64,000 nucleotides of DNA from an uncultured Syntrophaceae bacterium (GCA_964645835.1 CAZYDG010000043.1:9063-73062), one strand, 5' to 3'. Counted from the first letter of the stretch, positions 21,140 through 30,595 are shown. A program made the numbers and translations. Notes: generated by a model not told the origin, from the letters alone.

Positions 21140-22467
21140 GGCTTAAATGTCTGGGTCGAAAATCCCAAAACGGTATTGGCCGTGCCATTTCCCGGAATTG
21201 GTGATTCGGGAACCGATTGGCTGCCATACGTGTTTACGGTAACGGGTTCCATCTTCCAGAGGATTGTGGCCATGGCGAAGATGATATAGAGGATCAGCGC
21301 CGGTGGCCCGTTCAGGGTATTCTCCAGCAGCCCCTGAAAAATAATAACGAAAAAGGCCGCCAGCGTGCACCGGCCCCAGTCCGCTAAAAATACATCCTGC
21401 CGTCTCTTAACGAGGTCCCATGCCATGCGCATGTAGAAAACCATGATGATGGCAAAGAGGCAAAGACCGATCCATCCTGTCCGGACAGCCACATCAATGA
21501 CCATGTTGTGGGGCGCTCTAATCAGGAGGTTTTCGCGGTAGGCGGCGGGGACCCGGCGATTGTATTTTTCGAGGAAGGCGTCGTCGTGATAGGTCTGCAT
21601 GCCGAAGCCGATCCCTGCTATGGGGTAATCTTTCGATATCTCCATGTAGTTATACCATATGCCGATCCTGGGTTCCTGCGCCAGCCGCTCCACCATGGGT
21701 GTAAAGTATTGGGTTGTTACTTGAATAGTTCCGACGGTCAGGATAAACACCGACGTAAAAATGGCCAGTTTCTTTTTGTCGAAAGACAGAAACGACAACA
21801 TACCGACGACAAAGGCGATAAAGGCCCCTTTGGATTGTGTGGCGAAAGTTGTCGCCATGAAGATGGCAATGAAAAAGACCGAGACAGCTTTTTGGCGCCA
21901 ATCTCTGGCGCGGAGGAAGTGACAGGCGGATAGGACGGCGGCAAAAACGGTAATCGTAGGAATGATGTTTGTGGGCATCTCACTATACGTCATGAGGCCC
22001 AGCCTTTCTGTAAGTCTCTTACCCAGAACGATATAATAGTGTGTCATTATCCCGATGGAAAAAATGGCACTGGACAGGGTGATGAGCCATGTTAAGGCCG
22101 TAAAGCGAAACCGGGTCCGGAAGACGAAGATAACGAGATAATAAAAGAGCATATATTTGATAAGGTGGGCATAGATGTCGTGGATGCTATTGGCTTGATT
22201 CAGGGCAAAAGGCAACCCAGCCAGGGTCCAGAAGATGAACAAGCCGAAGGGGACTGTCAGCGGGCTTTTGAGAAATAGCCGGCTCTCCGGATGCCGGATC
22301 AGCAGATAGGCCAGAATGAGGAGGGAGAAATAAAAACCGATCTCGTGAACGGCCGTAATCTGTGGAAACGGATTAAAAAAAACCTGAATGGCCGTGAAAA
22401 AGAGCAGGGCCTGGCCGGCCAGGGCATCCGGTTCTCCGTGTATGAGTGATTGAAGTCGTAAAGTCAT
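21136..22467 (-). CDS. O-antigen polymerase/ligase family (Wzy_C-like) membrane protein
   Basis: 443 aa with about 10-12 TM segments. Has a TQSKGAFIAFVVG segment and a large loop with H-rich APHNMVIDV. Confidence 0.7.
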   Translation of the reverse strand: MTLRLQSLIHGEPDALAGQALLFFTAIQVFFNPFPQITAVHEIGFYFSLLILAYLLIRHPESRLFLKSPLTVPFGLFIFWTLAGLPFALNQANSIHDIYAHLIKYMLFYYLVIFVFRTRFRFTALTWLITLSSAIFSIGIMTHYYIVLGKRLTERLGLMTYSEMPTNIIPTITVFAAVLSACHFLRARDWRQKAVSVFFIAIFMATTFATQSKGAFIAFVVGMLSFLSFDKKKLAIFTSVFILTVGTIQVTTQYFTPMVERLAQEPRIGIWYNYMEISKDYPIAGIGFGMQTYHDDAFLEKYNRRVPAAYRENLLIRAPHNMVIDVAVRTGWIGLCLFAIIMVFYMRMAWDLVKRRQDVFLADWGRCTLAAFFVIIFQGLLENTLNGPPALILYIIFAMATILWKMEPVTVNTYGSQSVPESPIPGNGTANTVLGFSTQTFKP

Positions 22468-22597
22468 TTATTGCCAATATCTTTAAGTAATTTTCTTGTA
22501 AATAGCAGAAGCTGTAATTCTTAAGATCAGCTGCCTAACACAGTTTTGTATAGAATTCACCCTTTTAATACTTCGGCAACTATATAATGCAAGAATT

Positions 22598-22687
22598 GTC
22601 ATTCCCGCGGAAGCGGGAATCCATTGTAACGGCTGGGTGCCGGATCAAGCCTGTCCTCGACTTGATCGGGGATCCGGCATGACGATC
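22598..22687. repeat. Double-hairpin palindromic element (gtcattcc...ggaatgac type), copy 1
   Basis: GTCATTCCCGCGGAAGCGGGAATCCA ... GGGATCCGGCATGACGATC. The two halves are inverted relative to each other, and each half is itself a hairpin. Related to 37348..37430. Confidence 0.6.
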
Positions 22688-22788
22688 TTTGTCATGTTTA
22701 ATCGCCTGTTTAATAATATAATTCAGACAAATGGTGACAGGATTACGTAACCCTTGCCGTTGCGGCCTGCCATGCGGCTATAATTTCA

Positions 22789-22817
22789 TTGACATGGGAG
22801 GGCCTTTTCCCTATACA
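22789..22817 (+). promoter_or_regulatory. Putative sigma70 promoter of the rfbG operon
   Basis: TTGACA (22789-22794), a 17-nt spacer, then TATACA (22812-22817). Lies 30 nt upstream of the ATG at 22847. Confidence 0.4.
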
Positions 22818-22846
22818 TCTGCTTACTAAACAAGGATACATTTGGC

Positions 22847-23956
22847 ATGTTTAATGACATCTATCGAAATAAACGCGTGCTTCTGACGGGGCATACGGGA
22901 TTCAAGGGGGGATGGCTGGCCATTTGGCTCAAGGTATTGGGTGCTGAGGTCTTAGGCTATGCCCTTGATCCACCAAGTTCACCAAACCTCTGGACGGTAA
23001 CCGCCCTGGAAGATCAGATCCGGCATATTCACGGTGACGTCAGGGACTATAAAACCGTGGAATCAGTGTTTCAAGATTTCCGACCCGAATTCGTATTCCA
23101 CCTGGCGGCACAGCCCCTGGTTCGCCTGTCTTATGAAGAGCCTAAGACGACCTTTGATACCAATGTCGGCGGGACTGTCAATGTCCTGGAAGCAGTCCGG
23201 CAAACGCCCGGCGTACGAGTCGTGGTTAATGTCACAAGTGATAAATGCTATGACAACAAGGAATGGATCTGGGGGTATCGGGAAAGCGACCCCCTGGGCG
23301 GCCACGATCCCTACAGCGCCTCCAAGGGATGCGCAGAATTGGTCTTTCAAGCATATCTCAAGTCCTTCTATGCCAAGGCAGTGCCGGGTATCACGCCTAT
23401 CGGTGCTGCGTCCGTCCGTGCGGGTAACGTGATCGGCGGCGGCGATTGGGGGAAAGACCGGCTCCTTCCCGATTGCATAAGAGCCCTTAGTACGAATGAT
23501 CCCATATCCGTCCGTAATCCCCGTGCTGTCCGTCCCTGGCAGCATGTTCTGGAGCCCCTCCGGGGGTATTTGTTGCTTGGATCACGTTTGTGGGAACGGC
23601 CCGATGCCTATGCGGGATCATGGAACTTTGGCCCTGAAGGCCAAAGCCAGCTTCCCGTAAAAGATCTCGTGACCCGCTTGATCGCCCTATGGGGCCACGG
23701 GACATGGGAGGATCTCTCCGATCCCTCCGCACCCCATGAGGCGCATCTTTTGAAGCTGTGCTGCGATAAGGCCCATGGCGAGCTGGGGTGGCGGGGCGTG
23801 CTGACTATTGACGAATGTCTGGCCATGACGGCGGCATGGTACAAAACATATTATTCGGAGGCTGGGCCTGGGGACATGTATAGATTCTGCGTTGAGCAGA
23901 TCCAGCGATACGAAGAAAAAGCTGTCGGCGCTTTCTGCGGATGTGACCGTGAGTGA
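22847..23956 (+). CDS. rfbG: CDP-glucose 4,6-dehydratase
   Basis: 369 aa. Contains VLLTGHTGFKGGWLAIWL and YSASKGCAE (YxxxK). Confidence 0.9.
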   Translation: MFNDIYRNKRVLLTGHTGFKGGWLAIWLKVLGAEVLGYALDPPSSPNLWTVTALEDQIRHIHGDVRDYKTVESVFQDFRPEFVFHLAAQPLVRLSYEEPKTTFDTNVGGTVNVLEAVRQTPGVRVVVNVTSDKCYDNKEWIWGYRESDPLGGHDPYSASKGCAELVFQAYLKSFYAKAVPGITPIGAASVRAGNVIGGGDWGKDRLLPDCIRALSTNDPISVRNPRAVRPWQHVLEPLRGYLLLGSRLWERPDAYAGSWNFGPEGQSQLPVKDLVTRLIALWGHGTWEDLSDPSAPHEAHLLKLCCDKAHGELGWRGVLTIDECLAMTAAWYKTYYSEAGPGDMYRFCVEQIQRYEEKAVGAFCGCDRE

Positions 23957-25262
23957 AACCCTCCGATCGAAGATACTGAATCTTGTCCGGGCGTATCATG
24001 ATGAGCGATTTGCCCCGAAGGAATTTGTCCCCGGCAAGGACCTGGTTCATTACGCGGGCAGGGTCTTCGATGCCGAGGAACTGGTTTATCTTGTCGATGC
24101 GAGCCTGGACTTTTTCCTGACGGCCAACCGCTACGCCGACCGGTTCGAGAAGGACCTCGCCGCCTATCTCGGGATGGATCATGCCCTTCTTGTCAATTCA
24201 GGCTCTTCAGCGAACTTGATCGCCCTGACGGCTTTGACATCGCCTTTACTTCGCGATCGCCGCCTCCGGCCCGGTGATGAGGTTCTGACCGTGGCTTGCG
24301 GATTTCCCACTACTCTGAACCCTATCCTCCAGAACAATTTGATCCCCGTCTTTGTCGATGTCGGTCTTGGAGATTATACGGCGATTCCCGAAAGATTGGC
24401 CGAGGCGGTTACAGGAAACACCAAGGCGATTATGATGGCACACACGATGGGCGTCCCCTTCGATCTGGATGCCGTTATGGACTTGGTCCGGAAGCACAGG
24501 CTGTGGCTTATCGAGGATAATTGCGATGCCTTGGGGTCCACCTACCGGGGGCGTCTTACGGGAACCTTCGGTCATCTGTCCACATTTTCTTTCTATCCCG
24601 CACACCACATTACCCTTGGCGAAGGCGGGGCTGTTGCAACCGGCGACGATGAGCTGGCAAGGATCGCCTGCTCCCTGCGCGACTGGGGTCGTGATTGCCG
24701 GTGCGGCAGTGGTCAGAACAACATTTGCGGCAAGCGCTTCAACCAGCAGTTCGGGAGTCTCCCCTTCGGTTACGATCACAAGTACGTCTACAGCCACATC
24801 GGCTACAATCTTAAGGCCACAGAAATGCAGGCTGGCGTCGGTTGCGCCCAGCTGTCGAAATTGGGACGGTTTGTCGAAAGGCGCCGGGAAAACTTCCGCA
24901 AACTGAAGGAGATCCTTAACCCCTATGAGAAATTACTCATCCTGCCGGAGGGGACACCCGGGAGCGACCCCTCGTGGTTCGGCTTCGTTCTGACCGTCAG
25001 GGACGGCGCAGGCTTTTCCCGGAACGACTTGACGATGTTTCTGGAGGCAAACCGCATCGAGACGCGGAACCTTTTCAGCGGCAATCTGCTGTGCCATCCC
25101 GCCTATCAGGGAATCACCTGCCGGCTCCACGGCGATTTGGCCAATACGGATATCGTCATGAACCGTACCTTTTTTCTCGGCGTCTACCCGGGGATGGAAG
25201 ACGCCCATCTGGACCATATCCGAAATACATTTTCCCGATTCATGGAGGGCGAGAGGCTTTGA
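23943..25262 (+). CDS. rfbH: CDP-6-deoxy-4-keto-hexose 3-dehydrase (E1; RfbH/DdhC, PMP-dependent)
   Basis: Matches my memory of Salmonella RfbH along its whole length (GFPTT.NP, FYPAHHIT.GEGGAV, RDWGRDC.C, DPSWFGF). With a GTG 23943 start, the N-terminus MTVSETLRSKILNLV aligns in length with RfbH. The track start, TTG 23892, is also possible. Confidence 0.88.
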   Translation: MTVSETLRSKILNLVRAYHDERFAPKEFVPGKDLVHYAGRVFDAEELVYLVDASLDFFLTANRYADRFEKDLAAYLGMDHALLVNSGSSANLIALTALTSPLLRDRRLRPGDEVLTVACGFPTTLNPILQNNLIPVFVDVGLGDYTAIPERLAEAVTGNTKAIMMAHTMGVPFDLDAVMDLVRKHRLWLIEDNCDALGSTYRGRLTGTFGHLSTFSFYPAHHITLGEGGAVATGDDELARIACSLRDWGRDCRCGSGQNNICGKRFNQQFGSLPFGYDHKYVYSHIGYNLKATEMQAGVGCAQLSKLGRFVERRRENFRKLKEILNPYEKLLILPEGTPGSDPSWFGFVLTVRDGAGFSRNDLTMFLEANRIETRNLFSGNLLCHPAYQGITCRLHGDLANTDIVMNRTFFLGVYPGMEDAHLDHIRNTFSRFMEGERL

Positions 25263-26050
25263 TGGAGGACTATACGAAATATCCGGTTGTGATTTTATGC
25301 GGCGGCATGGGAACGCGCCTGTCCGAGCTGACGGAGATACGTCCCAAACCGATGATCGAAATAGGTGACCAGCCTGTTCTTTGGCATATCATGAAGACCT
25401 ATGCCACCTTCGGCTTCAGGGAGTTTGTCCTGGCCCTGGGCTATAAAGGGGAATTCATTAAAGATTATTTTATTAACTATCGGTGCCGGGCTCATAGTCT
25501 GACCATTCAATTGGGAACGGGCGATGTAACCATGCATGGCGGGGAGTGTGAGGACTGGACCGTCCATCTTCTGGATACGGGGGGTCGGACGCTGACGGGG
25601 GGGCGTGTGAAACGGGCCGCCCAATTCATCGGTGACCGTCCGTTTCTCCTGACATACGGTGATGGCGTCTGCAACCTGGACATCCTCGATTTGATCGCCA
25701 TGCACCGGCGTCAGGGCAAACTGGCCACAGTCACCGCCGTGCGCCCTCCGGCACGTTTCGGCGGTATCTCCTTCGATGGGGAACTGGTGGCGTCTTTCGA
25801 GGAAAAACCGCAGATCGGCGAAGGCTGGATCAATGGCGGCTATTTTGTCCTCGAACCGGCCGTGGCAGACTATATCGAGGGGGACGATACCATATGGGAA
25901 CGCGAACCCATGGAAAGACTGGCTGCAGAATGGCAATTGTCGGCCTATCGTCACGACGGTTTCTGGCAGTGTATGGATACCCTGCGCGATGTTCAACTCC
26001 TGGAGGCCCTGTGGCGAAAAGAAGAGGCCCCCTGGAAGAATTGGACCTGA
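25262..26050 (+). CDS. rfbF: Glucose-1-phosphate cytidylyltransferase
   Basis: Start reset to ATG 25262, overlapping the rfbH stop. N-terminal region VVILCGGMGTRLSE.T...PKPM.EIG..P.LWHIM. The first 96 codons of the track ORF are a shadow inside rfbH. Confidence 0.9.
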   Translation: MEDYTKYPVVILCGGMGTRLSELTEIRPKPMIEIGDQPVLWHIMKTYATFGFREFVLALGYKGEFIKDYFINYRCRAHSLTIQLGTGDVTMHGGECEDWTVHLLDTGGRTLTGGRVKRAAQFIGDRPFLLTYGDGVCNLDILDLIAMHRRQGKLATVTAVRPPARFGGISFDGELVASFEEKPQIGEGWINGGYFVLEPAVADYIEGDDTIWEREPMERLAAEWQLSAYRHDGFWQCMDTLRDVQLLEALWRKEEAPWKNWT

Positions 26051-26056
26051 CCCGCC

Positions 26057-26632
26057 ATGGATATCCGCATCACTCAGACACCTCTGCCGGGCTGCTTTCT
26101 GATCAGGCTACCTGAACAAAAAGATATCCGGGGGCGATTCGTTAAGCTGTTTAATGAAGACACATTCCGGGATAATGGCCTGGAAACGGCATTTCCCGAG
26201 GTCTTTTTTTCCGTTTCCCGCAAAGGCGTCTTAAGGGGACTCCATTTTCAGACACCCCCCTGGGATCATGTGAAGCTTGTCTGTTGCCTGGACGGCCATA
26301 TCCTGGATGCGGTAGTCGATCTACGTTGCGGCTCGCCTATGTACGGGCGTTTTGCTACATTCGAACTCTCAGCCAATGAGGCTGCCATGCTCTATATCCC
26401 TTCCGGCATGGCCCATGGCTATTACGTAAGGAGTGAGACGGCCATGGTTTTTTATCAGGTTTCGAAGCCCTATGCGCCGGATCATGACAAAGGGATCCTT
26501 TGGTGTTCCGCGGGAATCCCCTGGCCCTCCGCCGTGCCTGTCCTTTCGGCGCGGGACGAATTGTTGCCTGCGCTGGAACAATTTGACAATCCTTTCAAAT
26601 TTACCGATCAATTTATGGATCAGGGAGGCTGA
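26057..26632 (+). CDS. RmlC-like cupin sugar-nucleotide 3,5- (or 5-) epimerase
   Basis: 191 aa. Contains RG.HFQ and a GMAHGY-type motif of the dTDP-4-dehydrorhamnose epimerase family. Confidence 0.75.
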   Translation: MDIRITQTPLPGCFLIRLPEQKDIRGRFVKLFNEDTFRDNGLETAFPEVFFSVSRKGVLRGLHFQTPPWDHVKLVCCLDGHILDAVVDLRCGSPMYGRFATFELSANEAAMLYIPSGMAHGYYVRSETAMVFYQVSKPYAPDHDKGILWCSAGIPWPSAVPVLSARDELLPALEQFDNPFKFTDQFMDQGG

Positions 26633-26637
26633 TCGAG

Positions 26638-27540
26638 ATGTTGCCACGATGCGCTTTTGTAACAGGGGCGGCGGGTTTCATCGGTTCCCGTCTTACCCGC
26701 CGACTGGTCAGTGAGGGCTGGACCGTCCATTGCATGATCAAGGAGGCGCCTGATTCCGCCATCCTCGCCGATCTGGCCGGGAGGATCCATATCCATGTCC
26801 GTGACGGCTCGACGGGGCAACTATGCCGCATTTTCGAAAACGCAAAGCCTGATTGTGTTTTCCACCTTGCGTCACTTTTTCTTGCGGATCACGGACCGGA
26901 AGATGTTCCGGAGCTGATCGAAAGCAATCTCTCTTTTCCGGCCTCCCTTCTCGACGCGATGGCGCGGTGTGGCATAAACCGTCTGGTCAACACAGGGACA
27001 TCATGGCAGTATGACGAAAGGGGAGCGGTTCAACCGGTAAACCTGTATGCTGCCACCAAGGAAGCCTTTGAAGACATAATCCGTTATTATGTTGATGCTC
27101 ACGGTTTGAAGGTTGTTACCCTTGTCCTTTACGATACTTACGGGCCCGGCGACCCCCGCCGGAAACTGGTTAACCTTCTCCTGGGGCTGCTTCAGTCGGA
27201 AGAGCCCCTCTTCATGTCTCCGGGTGAGCAACGTATCGATCTGGTTCATGTAAACGATGTCATAGAGGCCTTTCGCACCGCCTCCGAGCTTTTGCTAACC
27301 GGCAGGGAAGGGGACCATGGGCATTATGCCGTGACATCTGGCGATTTCCTCAGTCTCAAAGAGATTGTCGCCTTGTTTGAAGCGGCTGCCGGTCGGAAAT
27401 TGAATGTTCAGTTCGGCAAGCGGCCCTACCGGACACGGGAGGTCATGAACCCCTGGCATGGGCTGGAGGTTCTGCCCGGCTGGCGTCCCACGTTCACACT
27501 GGCGACCGGGTTTGCCGATATGCTGGCAAAAGGGAAATGA
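26638..27540 (+). CDS. NAD(P)-dependent sugar-nucleotide reductase/epimerase (extended SDR)
   Basis: 300 aa. Contains VTGAAGFIGSRL and YAATKEAFE (YxxxK). Confidence 0.75.
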   Translation: MLPRCAFVTGAAGFIGSRLTRRLVSEGWTVHCMIKEAPDSAILADLAGRIHIHVRDGSTGQLCRIFENAKPDCVFHLASLFLADHGPEDVPELIESNLSFPASLLDAMARCGINRLVNTGTSWQYDERGAVQPVNLYAATKEAFEDIIRYYVDAHGLKVVTLVLYDTYGPGDPRRKLVNLLLGLLQSEEPLFMSPGEQRIDLVHVNDVIEAFRTASELLLTGREGDHGHYAVTSGDFLSLKEIVALFEAAAGRKLNVQFGKRPYRTREVMNPWHGLEVLPGWRPTFTLATGFADMLAKGK

Positions 27541-27543
27541 AGC

Positions 27544-28512
27544 ATGACGTTTACGCTCGTCCTGGTAGTTTATGACCCTTATGACCGTTTTTCCCATCCC
27601 CGTGCCCTTCCGGCGGCCATAGAGAGCATTTTTACGCTCGAAGGCGATGTGGATGTCGTTCTGGTCAATAACACGGATCCCGCTCAGGCGCCCCTTACAT
27701 CGGAATATTTAAAAAGGTTGCCGGAAAAATATCCCCGTATCCGGTTGATCGAACTGGATCGTAATTACGGCTGCAGCGGCGGTTTCAACCGAGGCATCCG
27801 AGCCCTTGACAACCCTGGCGATATCCTGGTCTATATGTCCTGCGACGCCTTGATTGTGGATCCGAAGGTACTCTTGAAGATGGGCGCGGTCTTCGGAAAG
27901 CATAAAAAAATAGGGGCTTTGCATCCCCTGAGTATATACGAGGATTCCAATGAGGCCAACGTCAGCCGCAACTGGTCTTTCCAGGCCTTCCTGAAGGTTC
28001 TGGACGAGACGGGAGAAGATTTGAAGCATCTGCCCGCTGAACCGGAAGGGGCCATTGCTGCCATCCTCGAAGATATTGGCCGGGAAAAGCCGGGAGCCAT
28101 GCGGGTTCCTTTGTCCCAGTTGCCGCTTACTTTTTATGCTGTCAGAAAGGCCTTATTCCTTGAACTGAAGGGCTTTAACGAGGAATTTATTGCCGGATGG
28201 GAAAACATAGATTTTGCTCTTCGGATGTACAAACTAGGTTACAAATCGGCGATTATGAAGGATGCCTTTGTTTTTCACCGGCGTCTTCTTTTCCGCGCTC
28301 TGGGCCAGGCGGGGCAGAATCAGCAGATCCTTCTCAACGACGTCCGGGCCGGGGAGGCTGTGTGGAACCGTCTGTGGGGCGGTGTTCCACACGCCGATGT
28401 GTTTCGGGACCTCCGGCATGGCAAGTTATTACATCGGGGCCTGTTGCGACCGGTACGATTATTGACGCAATCGATGAAGAGACATTTGCGCGGAAGCCAC
28501 CATGAGAGATAA
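27544..28512 (+). CDS. Glycosyltransferase family 2-like
   Basis: 322 aa. GT-A-like N-terminal half (VVLVNNTD, NYGCSGGFNRG, SCDALIVD). Confidence 0.5.
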   Translation: MTFTLVLVVYDPYDRFSHPRALPAAIESIFTLEGDVDVVLVNNTDPAQAPLTSEYLKRLPEKYPRIRLIELDRNYGCSGGFNRGIRALDNPGDILVYMSCDALIVDPKVLLKMGAVFGKHKKIGALHPLSIYEDSNEANVSRNWSFQAFLKVLDETGEDLKHLPAEPEGAIAAILEDIGREKPGAMRVPLSQLPLTFYAVRKALFLELKGFNEEFIAGWENIDFALRMYKLGYKSAIMKDAFVFHRRLLFRALGQAGQNQQILLNDVRAGEAVWNRLWGGVPHADVFRDLRHGKLLHRGLLRPVRLLTQSMKRHLRGSHHER

Positions 28513-29281
28513 ATCGCAAAAGATCCCTATTTCGGTGGCCATCATCACCAAGGACGAGGCCCACAACCTGCCCCGGTGCCTTTCGAGCGTCGCCTTCGCC
28601 GATCAGATCGTGGTCGTCGATTCGGGCAGTACGGACGGGACGCTGGAAATTGCCCAAGCCTTCGGGTGTGACGTCTTCAGGGAACCTTGGCGAGGGGGAT
28701 TCGGCGCCCAAAAGCAGTTTGCTATCGATCAATGCCACCATGACTGGGTTCTCGTTCTCGATGCCGACGAATCGATTCCTGACGCTACGGCTGCGGCGAT
28801 TGCCTGCATCGTTGAGGCGCCCGACGACAGTATTGCCGGATACAGTTTTCCCCGTAAGAACTTCTTTCAGGATCGTTGGATCCGCCATGCCGGCTGGTGG
28901 CCGGACCGGATTGTCCGCCTGTTCCGCAGGGAAATGGGCGGTATGTCCGCGGCTGCAGTTCATGAGGGAGTTGAGGTGAGAGGCAGGCTGTCGCCCCTTG
29001 AGGTTCCTCTTGAACATTTCACGGAGAGCCGTCTGAGTAAGATCCTTCAAAAGATCGACCGCTATTCCACCCTGGGAGCTCAGGAAGCCTTTGCCTCCGG
29101 ACGTCGGAGTTCGTCCGGGGCTGCCCTTGTCCGGGCCGTTCTGACTTTTTTTCAGGATTATTTTTTACGGTTGGGCATTCTTGATGGCGCCCCCGGCCTT
29201 ACCCTCGCAGTTACGGATTCGGTGAATAAATTTTTCAAATATGCAAAGCTTGCCGAAATGAGCCGGAAGAACAGGAAATAG
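28502..29281 (+). CDS. Glycosyltransferase family 2 (WaaE/KdtX-like)
   Basis: 259 aa. Contains ISVAIITKDEA.NL.RCL.S....DQIVVVDSGSTDGT and VLVLDADE. Confidence 0.8.
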   Translation: MRDKSQKIPISVAIITKDEAHNLPRCLSSVAFADQIVVVDSGSTDGTLEIAQAFGCDVFREPWRGGFGAQKQFAIDQCHHDWVLVLDADESIPDATAAAIACIVEAPDDSIAGYSFPRKNFFQDRWIRHAGWWPDRIVRLFRREMGGMSAAAVHEGVEVRGRLSPLEVPLEHFTESRLSKILQKIDRYSTLGAQEAFASGRRSSSGAALVRAVLTFFQDYFLRLGILDGAPGLTLAVTDSVNKFFKYAKLAEMSRKNRK

Positions 29282-29293
29282 GCAAAAGGTTTT

Positions 29294-30202
29294 ATGGATA
29301 TTTCCGTCATCATCGTCAATTGGAACACCCGTGATCTTTTGAAGGATTGCCTGTCATCGGTTTTCCGCACCCTGACGAATGCCGCCTTCGAGGTGATTGT
29401 CGTTGATAACGGTTCATCCGATGGTAGCGTGGAGATGGTGCGGGAGTCCTTCCCTTCGGTCCGGCTGATTGCAAATGCCGATAATCGCGGTTTCGGGGCG
29501 GCGAACAATCAGGCCCTCCGCGTCATGAATGGCCGGTATGCCTTACTTCTCAATTCAGATACGGTTATAACGGATCAGGCCGCATTGCGGCTTTTTTCAT
29601 TTATGGAGACCCATCCCGAGGTGGCCATGGCCTGCGGGCAGCTCCTCAACCGCGATGGATCCAAGCAACATTCCTTTGCGAGTTTTCCCAACCTGATAAC
29701 TATCACGACCAACACCCCCCTTCTGGAATGGCTTTTCCCTCGTCGCTATCCCAGCAAGCGCTATGATTATGCCGAACCGCGTGAAGTCGATTCGCCTATC
29801 GGGGCTTGCCTTATGGTTCGCAAGGTTGCCATGGATCAGGTGGGCATCTTCGATGAACGGTATTTCTTCTTCTTTGAAGAGACGGATTGGGCCTTTGCCA
29901 TGCGGCGGGCGGGCTGGATGGTCTATTATGTGCCGGGTGTTTTCATCTATCACTTCCAGGGACAGAGCATCGGGGCGAATGTCCAGTCCCGGATCGAATT
30001 CTATCGTTCCCGTTATCAGTACTTCAAGAAGTGGAAAAGCCGACCCTACTGCGTCCTTGTCATGATGATTATCATTGTCCGTTTAACCTGCAATTGGTTT
30101 TTTACAGGCATAGCCGCTGCGGCGACTTTGGGCCTGAATAAGGCTTTGCGGGATAAATGGGTTGTCTATTCAAGATTGCTTCTGTGGCATTTAGTCCGTT
30201 GA
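29294..30202 (+). CDS. Glycosyltransferase family 2 (rhamnosyltransferase-like)
   Basis: 302 aa. Contains ISVIIVNWNTRDLL, VVDNGSSDGS, NRGFGAANN and FFEETDW. Confidence 0.85.
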   Translation: MDISVIIVNWNTRDLLKDCLSSVFRTLTNAAFEVIVVDNGSSDGSVEMVRESFPSVRLIANADNRGFGAANNQALRVMNGRYALLLNSDTVITDQAALRLFSFMETHPEVAMACGQLLNRDGSKQHSFASFPNLITITTNTPLLEWLFPRRYPSKRYDYAEPREVDSPIGACLMVRKVAMDQVGIFDERYFFFFEETDWAFAMRRAGWMVYYVPGVFIYHFQGQSIGANVQSRIEFYRSRYQYFKKWKSRPYCVLVMMIIIVRLTCNWFFTGIAAAATLGLNKALRDKWVVYSRLLLWHLVR

Positions 30203-30301
30203 AAAATACCCATCCCGCGCTTTCGCGGTAACCTCCCTCTGCACCCCCTCCAGAGGGGGACACGTCTGCTGCGTTGCGCTGCATGCTTCGCATATTTCAT
30301 T

Positions 30302-30368
30302 GTAGGGTGGAACAAGCGAAGCGGTTCCACCGACAGATGGTGGATGCGCTTCGCTTCATCCACCCTAC
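30302..30368. repeat. 67-bp imperfect palindrome (GTAGGGTGGA...TCCACCCTAC)
   Basis: The outer arms GTAGGGTGGA and TCCACCCTAC are inverted repeats. The inner AAGCGAAGCG and CGCTTCGCTT are too. Confidence 0.6.
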
Positions 30369-30387
30369 GGCTAAATTTATATTTTGT

Positions 30388-30515
30388 GCAGGCTGTTCAA
30401 AAATGCCCAGATGCAAGGCGCGCAAAAGCTGAGGAATGAGTCTCGTCCATAGAAGTACGTCGATTGACAAAGCTTGCAGTGCAACGCTGCAGATGGACGT
30501 TTTTCAACAGCCTGC
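30388..30515 (-). repeat. MITE-like element, copy A (inverted orientation)
   Basis: 128 bp. Its reverse complement aligns end to end with 62682..62807. Termini are GCAGGCTGTT(C/G)AAAAA(T/C)G and its inverted complement. Confidence 0.8.
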
Positions 30516-30595
30516 CAAGTTTTTCTTGACAATTCCCAGTGCCTATCTTAATAGTCGGTCTGTTCAACAAATGAACAGAAAGGAATGCCCGTATA

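Noticed and set aside
22522-22534. Third copy of the ops-like motif upstream of the Wzy-like operon (minus strand)
   Set aside because: It needs two gaps to align (GGC--AGCTG-ATCTT) and centres on the common palindrome CAGCTG. It is mentioned under the main finding but not annotated as a feature.
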